Part shown: piece after piece, positions 27,901 through 30,968 of the stretch | How the letters are laid out: each line of letters opens with the position of its first letter | How positions within the stretch are numbered: the first letter of the stretch is position 1 | The notes under the pieces: generated by a model | Seen by the model: only the letters and a program-made list of their open reading frames with translations | Database searches by the model: none | Told to the model about the DNA's origin: nothing | Virus record (IMG/VR): IMGVR_UViG_3300025103_000096 | Location: 1 to 30,968 of that record | Reading direction: 5' to 3' (one strand) | DNA from: a virus | Taxonomy: Duplodnaviria > Caudoviricetes | Length of the DNA stretch: 30,968 nt | Made by a program: the position numbers and the translations under genes

Positions 27901-29664
27901 ATGGCCGCAGGATCAGTGAAAGGTGCTATTGCTGGACTTGGTTATGGCATGAACTCTGTGCTCAACTTAGCGAGAACTAAGCAACGACGCACCATACAGG
28001 AGGATACACAATTCGACCCTGCGGGTAAAGGATTAGAAGATAGAGACTGGGCACCAAAGAAATCTATACCAGGCCCGCTTGGTGCCTTGGTTCGAGTCAT
28101 TGGTTATGGACCCATTGCTGCCACTGACCAGTTTATGAACAGCATCATCTCTCACACGTTAGTATATGCTTATGCACAGCGTATAGCCCGACACGAGGGA
28201 CTCAAGAAAGATAGTAAGCAATATGATTCACGAGTAGAGGAACTTATTATAGATAAGACCTCCATCGCTTGGCAGGCTGCTATGGGTGAGGCTACCGAAC
28301 AGGTATTCCAAGGCAAGGGTAAAGAGGGCAGTATCCGTAGTGGTATATTCAAGGCGGTTCAGGCAGCTAAGGACGTGCCAGGACTAGGACCTGTTTTAGA
28401 CAACACGATCTTCCCATTCCATAAGGCAATGATTAACCTACCGGCAGAGGGTTTTGCGAGAATGCCAGGGTTTGCTCAGATTCCTATGATGGTGAAGATC
28501 ATGCAGAATAAGTACCATGGTAAACCTGCATTTGAAGATGTAGCAAACTCGGAAGAGGTAGCGGGTCAAATACTATTCACCATGTTAGCACTATTTATTG
28601 CATCTATGATTGATGGTGACGAAGAGAAGACAACCATCACTGGTGCAATGTTAGACTACAACCCACAGGAGAGACAGCATCGTTATACTGAGGGTGTAGC
28701 CCCGCCAACGTCCGTTAAAATGTTTGGTGAGTGGTGGTCATTTGACAAGGCTGATCCTATTGCTACTCCCATAGCCATACTAACCGATGCAATATCTGCC
28801 TTCAAGAAGGGTAAGAGTAAGACTGAAGTACTTCAGGAAATTGGAATAAGTAGTGGTAAGCAAATATCTGGTAAGACCTTTGGTCAGGGTTTCCGTGATG
28901 TTGGTAGAGCACTAACTGAAGAAGGTGGTTTCCGAAAATGGGCAATCAACTTCACAGGGTCAAACATACCCAACATATACCAACAAGAGGAGCGTGCTGG
29001 TCTGCCATTTGGGGTGGCCTCTGGTCAGGACTATGTGGGATACAATCCATCTGAAGGATTTTTAGAAGAGGTGGGGAAGCGAACAGAAATAAAAGCAACT
29101 GACCCGATCTATGACGTATGGGGTCGTAAGGCTAAGAACATTACACACTGGACGGGTGCTAAGGTAGCGAGTGCTAAGTTGTTCAAGGGGGATCGTGTCT
29201 TTGTTAATTGGAATCAGAACAATGAGAAGAAGGCATACCCTGCTGATCCTAGTAACGAGTACACAGGGGAGATGGGGACTACACGAAAGCTAGACAGTAA
29301 ACAGTTTAGTGACTTCAAACGTGTATCGGGGACACTAGCCAAAGACCTAGTGATGGAGATGATACCCAGTAATCACGCCAGAACCCCTGACGCATTGACA
29401 TTGAAATTAACCCGTAGCATTTTAACTAGGGCACGTACTGAGGTGAAGAACCACTGGAAGGATAAGGGTAATTTCGACATCAACGAGAATGCCCTGAAGC
29501 GTAGGATACGCAGTATGGCTAGAGCAAATGTTCTCAAGACACCCGATAAGCCTAAACAGACTGGTGACCCTACGCAAAACCTAGAAGAAGAACTACAGGC
29601 ATGGGAAGACATGAAGAAGGCTATTAAGAGGTACAGAAGTGCTTCAGGAGGTATCAGGAGATGA
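21940..29664 (+). CDS. 2574-aa large polyvalent/internal virion protein with HExxH metallopeptidase-like and ADP-ribosyltransferase-like domains
   Basis: GTG start with AGGAG RBS. HEVIH at 25081-25095, YHGT at 25684-25695, FYFT at 25813-25824. The C-terminal helical region (MLSGLSTGIIN, ATDQF, SFDKADP) resembles large podoviral ejection proteins. Confidence 0.75.
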   Translation: MPETYSWTDISDAANTARFYKFKDTTPITYGDKSFAHLTPQKRTELWESGLRPPHGSWKALHPDDMSLGEGIPVDTMRRSQFINQGYTEQVSNSGNHRPKSEWTEEQHQLELEASAPRSEPLPWHRKDYNNGEKLQGAIEWIREKAETDNDFRVGMRSTDVMKGLVTRLPLGFGVPEFMEAWSSFGAIDRIYEDKATPVDYFKFANDIVLEEMKEKDPRATKVLRGAAHMPAFIADMYITRGAGIGIKSFGMKGLTAMAKKLGEKKFKSLMANMAFKAAKNVLPKAAEAGVYAGVVDVGSTAADAIPQRDIRFDVDPETHKIAGFKDTEKEHLANSLLRSVTNKMIEYGVERWTGKTIMGGYRGAKNLLRPASQGGASVSRGGKTVFEGTPWAESDSKWFDEVKKATIYKLGPSGKQSAIGFNGIVGEIGEERVTEILQAANEAVFGKLPGAREGGDQRAWERMGMTGIGIDLAGHATGLSEMQPEELDSRIDDFKTAAATEAVSFGGLHAATKGGLGAQAAAAAKGELYEDPAKPDKGATLNYFKDPLMALEGSERMNEEVQDLLPQVVPGDESIGPNGETIIGDPTLTEPKTSRRDFEAIKLPDGTSLLDHFPRQSQREGYLKDVDRLNRKKQEDMQDAYDERARKWTQDREAEDEQARLEAKQKEEFFAPIPFEEAPLPEPTPVEPPPVIEQEAQQPAAIESPPTAPVEAPPVRQQEAPQQEAEVEGEVGVDFLYDVKGNRVPIEVTDRSEDGATVRYRLEDGTEGISDATAGHGSNPLSMVDITSPDYEFQGIEGTPKISTIPTADLEIILEKRKKSLEETMDVWDREGAPLFALKAINAIQSELKRREQAATQPAPVEAPPVIQQPAPVAEQHHPDVPEQEIAEREAEQIPDHVIDIEQDKKDVATALGFSRVDVMSRFPGMNVQEKDGDYYINLKNGPIRITGQESIYHSDRVLESMYNDRLGIKDYRITKSGRKLSFEEVHPTLESYIEAHRAGRGDVASIEKPSEADLDKEATFDVLATIRIANSDWHRANTDQLETLQHEVIHYSHLGGLWSKPEWDALVSKYSDPKKSVRQQSEDIARKGQSWVKPDIIQKITDWVNKTLHHLTKGVVKLKYEAVQNLLFSKGFFQDRTSGVFSEGTLAARDAPMAMAESDIDPVKPRTLRHSDAKFGDPDYMDALVFEILLDEKQYDVAGRHYDKMTKEANDKADAERKAKGLAKKRKALPYYQMTREEFEETGEVLYHGTSRLFDEFDWEKAKTRTGGSQKELSDFKSKQTGTEGNLSRFYFTDNKRVAETFAHETGGMIEVNLAEVIMYEERVYGQTQWDNEEQGGDVLTAYKAAIRKAMKAKNLDLKYMNEDGELVDAKDPDDIKDFWWWEEGVSILLYPSGNKPRVIETKVYGRTLDLREGKKRPDNFPSKLENVLGTLSYQHEYSPMLIKWARDNGYGKIRVEDHGTSGGESIIGLQEFIGHKADPHKEIVQRALNAGHDVPTEASSSYEGIQAEDGPTIFAMAESDIDPDAPKERTPRQKRGDAFGEPRGRAANPWNKLDNPEEWQEFEDELTELRDTHDKDKDTRTVESIVEELAERRKEPQADEEFINEMIEKFDKDPLYAPSVWENEWLRQLNIELRLGDLSQIQRAIMDVGRMYAKGRSNLGLSMGFSLSRDANNEKSAPRRRFNVIAKILDDDPVESYTDRFDKEGKEEREKGRQSARDDFDLENAGLETGTQDIGGPWVAGTGEGTGTGTGTGTGTGTGTGTGTGTGTGTGAGTGTGTGTGTGTTPSTGTKKPPAYPGPRRKQPGQQDTGTKPTTTTTTGKGKGKGTTPRRLKNRVYAPKDSLVWQMSDKARKAYIAEKARLKRIKELVESAGYTFDLKGIRELVRDADAFEKILPKLVMTSNNKDKGWAIIAMYTEYHKGAMLSGLSTGIINLASPLAWSTYRNALESPISAILNSTIAMIKGKDVKDVKGLLVRDYWGVTKKMAAGSVKGAIAGLGYGMNSVLNLARTKQRRTIQEDTQFDPAGKGLEDRDWAPKKSIPGPLGALVRVIGYGPIAATDQFMNSIISHTLVYAYAQRIARHEGLKKDSKQYDSRVEELIIDKTSIAWQAAMGEATEQVFQGKGKEGSIRSGIFKAVQAAKDVPGLGPVLDNTIFPFHKAMINLPAEGFARMPGFAQIPMMVKIMQNKYHGKPAFEDVANSEEVAGQILFTMLALFIASMIDGDEEKTTITGAMLDYNPQERQHRYTEGVAPPTSVKMFGEWWSFDKADPIATPIAILTDAISAFKKGKSKTEVLQEIGISSGKQISGKTFGQGFRDVGRALTEEGGFRKWAINFTGSNIPNIYQQEERAGLPFGVASGQDYVGYNPSEGFLEEVGKRTEIKATDPIYDVWGRKAKNITHWTGAKVASAKLFKGDRVFVNWNQNNEKKAYPADPSNEYTGEMGTTRKLDSKQFSDFKRVSGTLAKDLVMEMIPSNHARTPDALTLKLTRSILTRARTEVKNHWKDKGNFDINENALKRRIRSMARANVLKTPDKPKQTGDPTQNLEEELQAWEDMKKAIKRYRSASGGIRR
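25408..26518 (+). repeat. Perfect 25-bp direct repeat pair bounding a 1086-bp in-frame module
   Basis: ATGGCAGAGTCTGACATAGACCCTG at 25408-25432 and 26494-26518 (peptide MAESDIDP). Confidence 0.95.
27181..27300 (+). repeat. Hexanucleotide repeat (GGTACA)n encoding poly(Gly-Thr)
   Basis: Nine perfect GGTACA units at 27181-27234, followed by degenerate units to 27300. Confidence 0.95.
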
Positions 29665-29924
29665 GCAAGCGTAGAAACGCATCGGTTGACCCAGACATGG
29701 CACCTAAGCGAGAAGTCAGGGCAGAGGCTAAGGCGACCAAGAAATCTGGTAAGGTAGACCTCATCCTGGCTAAGGCACAGTTAGCTACGGCTAAGGCACA
29801 GAAGCGTAAGTGGTTGGTTTTCCTTTTAGGATTTGGGATTGCCATCTACTTTATTATGTCCTCTGGTGGTGGTCTAGGTATAATGGAAAAAGCCAAGAGT
29901 TTCATCCCATTTTTAGGAGAATAG
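29661..29924 (+). CDS. Small membrane protein (basic N-terminus, one TM helix)
   Basis: AGGAG RBS, ATGA overlap, hydrophobic WLVFLLGFGIAIYFIM. Confidence 0.7.
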   Translation: MSKRRNASVDPDMAPKREVRAEAKATKKSGKVDLILAKAQLATAKAQKRKWLVFLLGFGIAIYFIMSSGGGLGIMEKAKSFIPFLGE

Positions 29925-29925
29925 C

Positions 29926-30153
29926 ATGAACAAGATAAAAGAGATTTTCGCAGCCATTAAGACGAAGGATACACTAACAGCGTGTATCATAGCTGTACTC
30001 ACTGTACTCGCCACTGTCATCAACGACACGGTGGGAGGAGAGAACCCGCTAATCGGTAACGAGTTTATTATTACCGTTGGTGGTGGCATCAGTGCCTTCT
30101 TAATGGGATCACACCGTAAGACCCAGACACCGATAGGAAAAGACAGTGACTGA
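29926..30153 (+). CDS. Holin-like protein with two predicted TM segments
   Basis: AGGAG RBS. Hydrophobic LTACIIAVLTVLATVI and FIITVGGGISAFLMG, with a charged C-tail. Confidence 0.55.
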   Translation: MNKIKEIFAAIKTKDTLTACIIAVLTVLATVINDTVGGENPLIGNEFIITVGGGISAFLMGSHRKTQTPIGKDSD

Positions 30154-30397
30154 AATAGATGACCTACGTAAAGACATGTCCCGTATTGAGATAAAAGTAG
30201 AGCAAGTGCTCACTAAGATAGAGCCTATCTCTAGACTCTACAGGGGCAACGGTAAGCCGTCCTTAGACGTAAGGGTGTCAGTAGTGGAAAATGATCTCCA
30301 AGACGCTAAGGACACGTCTCAGTGGGCTTCTCGCACTGCTATAGGTGCGTTAATCACTACTGCTGGCACTGCTCTCTGGTATATCCTTACTCAGTAG
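30146..30397 (+). CDS. Small coiled-coil protein with C-terminal TM anchor (XhlA/holin-accessory-like architecture)
   Basis: GTG start with AGGA RBS. Heptad helix, GNGKP turn, hydrophobic C-terminus. Confidence 0.55.
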   Translation: MTEIDDLRKDMSRIEIKVEQVLTKIEPISRLYRGNGKPSLDVRVSVVENDLQDAKDTSQWASRTAIGALITTAGTALWYILTQ

Positions 30398-30727
30398 TGT
30401 ATCCACCTCTATTACGAGGTCTTTAAGTCTGTCCAGTGGTACGATGACCAGCCATGGTTGCAGACTAGCCCTGTGCATGACGACTGGTATCTGTCCATTT
30501 TCAGCATCACGTTCTGCCTGATCGACCCATTTGTACAGTGTCTTAGTTCCTGACTCCACACGTTTACATTCGATGTGCAGTGAGTGTACCCCGACTACAT
30601 CTGGTTCCCCATCATCCATACCGCAGTACTGTTGTGATCGTCTCCAGTTAGGTCCTGGAAACAGTTTCTTGAGCATTTTTACTAGTTCCAATTCGCCACG
30701 CTTCCCTTTCTGTTTGCTATTCGTCAT
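30350..30727 (-). CDS. PD-(D/E)xK nuclease, Holliday junction resolvase (Hjc-like); start revised to 30727
   Basis: MTNSKQKGKRGELEL ... PDVVG ... IECKR motif set. GAGGA upstream of ATG 30727. The track's 37-aa N-terminal extension overlaps another gene. Confidence 0.78.
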   Translation of the reverse strand: MTNSKQKGKRGELELVKMLKKLFPGPNWRRSQQYCGMDDGEPDVVGVHSLHIECKRVESGTKTLYKWVDQAERDAENGQIPVVMHRASLQPWLVIVPLDRLKDLVIEVDTLLSKDIPESSASSSD

Positions 30728-30866
30728 CGTCTGTATCCTCGTCGAAGTGTTCTTCATCATAGTGATGACCAATGTCCCTGTCATTACCACACTTAGGACA
30801 ATCACCACCACCGTTATTGTTAAACCAATCATGCCCACAGGGGCAGCTATGCGTCATGCACGCCAT
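30717..30866 (-). CDS. 49-aa Zn-ribbon micro-protein with acidic tail (not in ORF track)
   Basis: AGGAG 7 nt upstream of ATG 30866. MACMTHSCPCGHDWFNNNGGGDCPKCGNDRDIGHHYDEEHFDEDTDDDE*. Confidence 0.7.
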   Translation of the reverse strand: MACMTHSCPCGHDWFNNNGGGDCPKCGNDRDIGHHYDEEHFDEDTDDDE

Positions 30867-30966
30867 CTTTTTTCTCCTGTTCTATACGTTTATCTACAAC
30901 TTCCATATACTCATCGAATACATCCATAGAGTCCATAGGAATTGACTTCACGCCAGATCCTCTAAA
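30847..30966 (-). CDS. C-terminal fragment of a gene entering from the right edge
   Basis: Open frame FRGSGVKSIPMDSMDVFDEYMEVVDKRIEQEKKDGVHDA*, with its stop overlapping the start of the Zn-ribbon ORF. Confidence 0.5.
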   Translation of the reverse strand, partial: FRGSGVKSIPMDSMDVFDEYMEVVDKRIEQEKKDGVHDA

Positions 30967-30968
30967 GC

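Noticed and set aside
30350-30397. 48-bp convergent gene overlap without an obvious terminator
   Set aside because: Common at phage module junctions, and no structure seen to support a special role.
30728-30838. Hydrophobic N-terminal extension suggesting a membrane-anchored nuclease
   Set aside because: Better explained as an off-frame reading of the Zn-ribbon ORF. The nuclease motif starts at ATG 30727 with its own RBS.
1-30968. Stop-codon reassignment, tRNA genes, specific host assignment
   Set aside because: The standard code gives near-complete coding density with TAA, TAG and TGA all used as stops. No cloverleaf was seen, and the host cannot be determined from this sequence alone.

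Overview
This is a 31-kb segment of a tailed dsDNA phage or prophage with podovirus (P22/T7-like) gene order, almost entirely coding on the + strand. In order it carries: a partial Zn-ribbon ORF, a tiny Lys-rich ORF, three beta-rich putative virion accessory proteins, a candidate small terminase, large terminase, portal, scaffold, major capsid, putative decoration protein, head-tail adaptor, tail nozzle, four putative ejected core proteins (270, 1857, 503 and 2574 aa) and three small membrane proteins. A convergent minus-strand block follows, with a PD-(D/E)xK resolvase-like nuclease and a Zn-ribbon micro-ORF. Most notable: (1) the 2574-aa protein carries an HExxH motif and an ADP-ribosyltransferase-like domain, and the latter sits in an in-frame 362-codon module bounded by perfect 25-bp direct repeats, like an exchangeable effector cassette; (2) a ~85-95 aa domain occurs in three separate genes, including as an N-terminal fusion on the adaptor; (3) a G-U-rich nested RNA hairpin after the capsid genes sequesters the next Shine-Dalgarno; (4) the ejection proteins have long 11-residue helical repeats and low-complexity regions, and two of them share a peptide motif. 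All functional calls come from by-eye motif recognition and synteny; no searches were run. No tRNA, rRNA, CRISPR array, integrase or endolysin was recognised.
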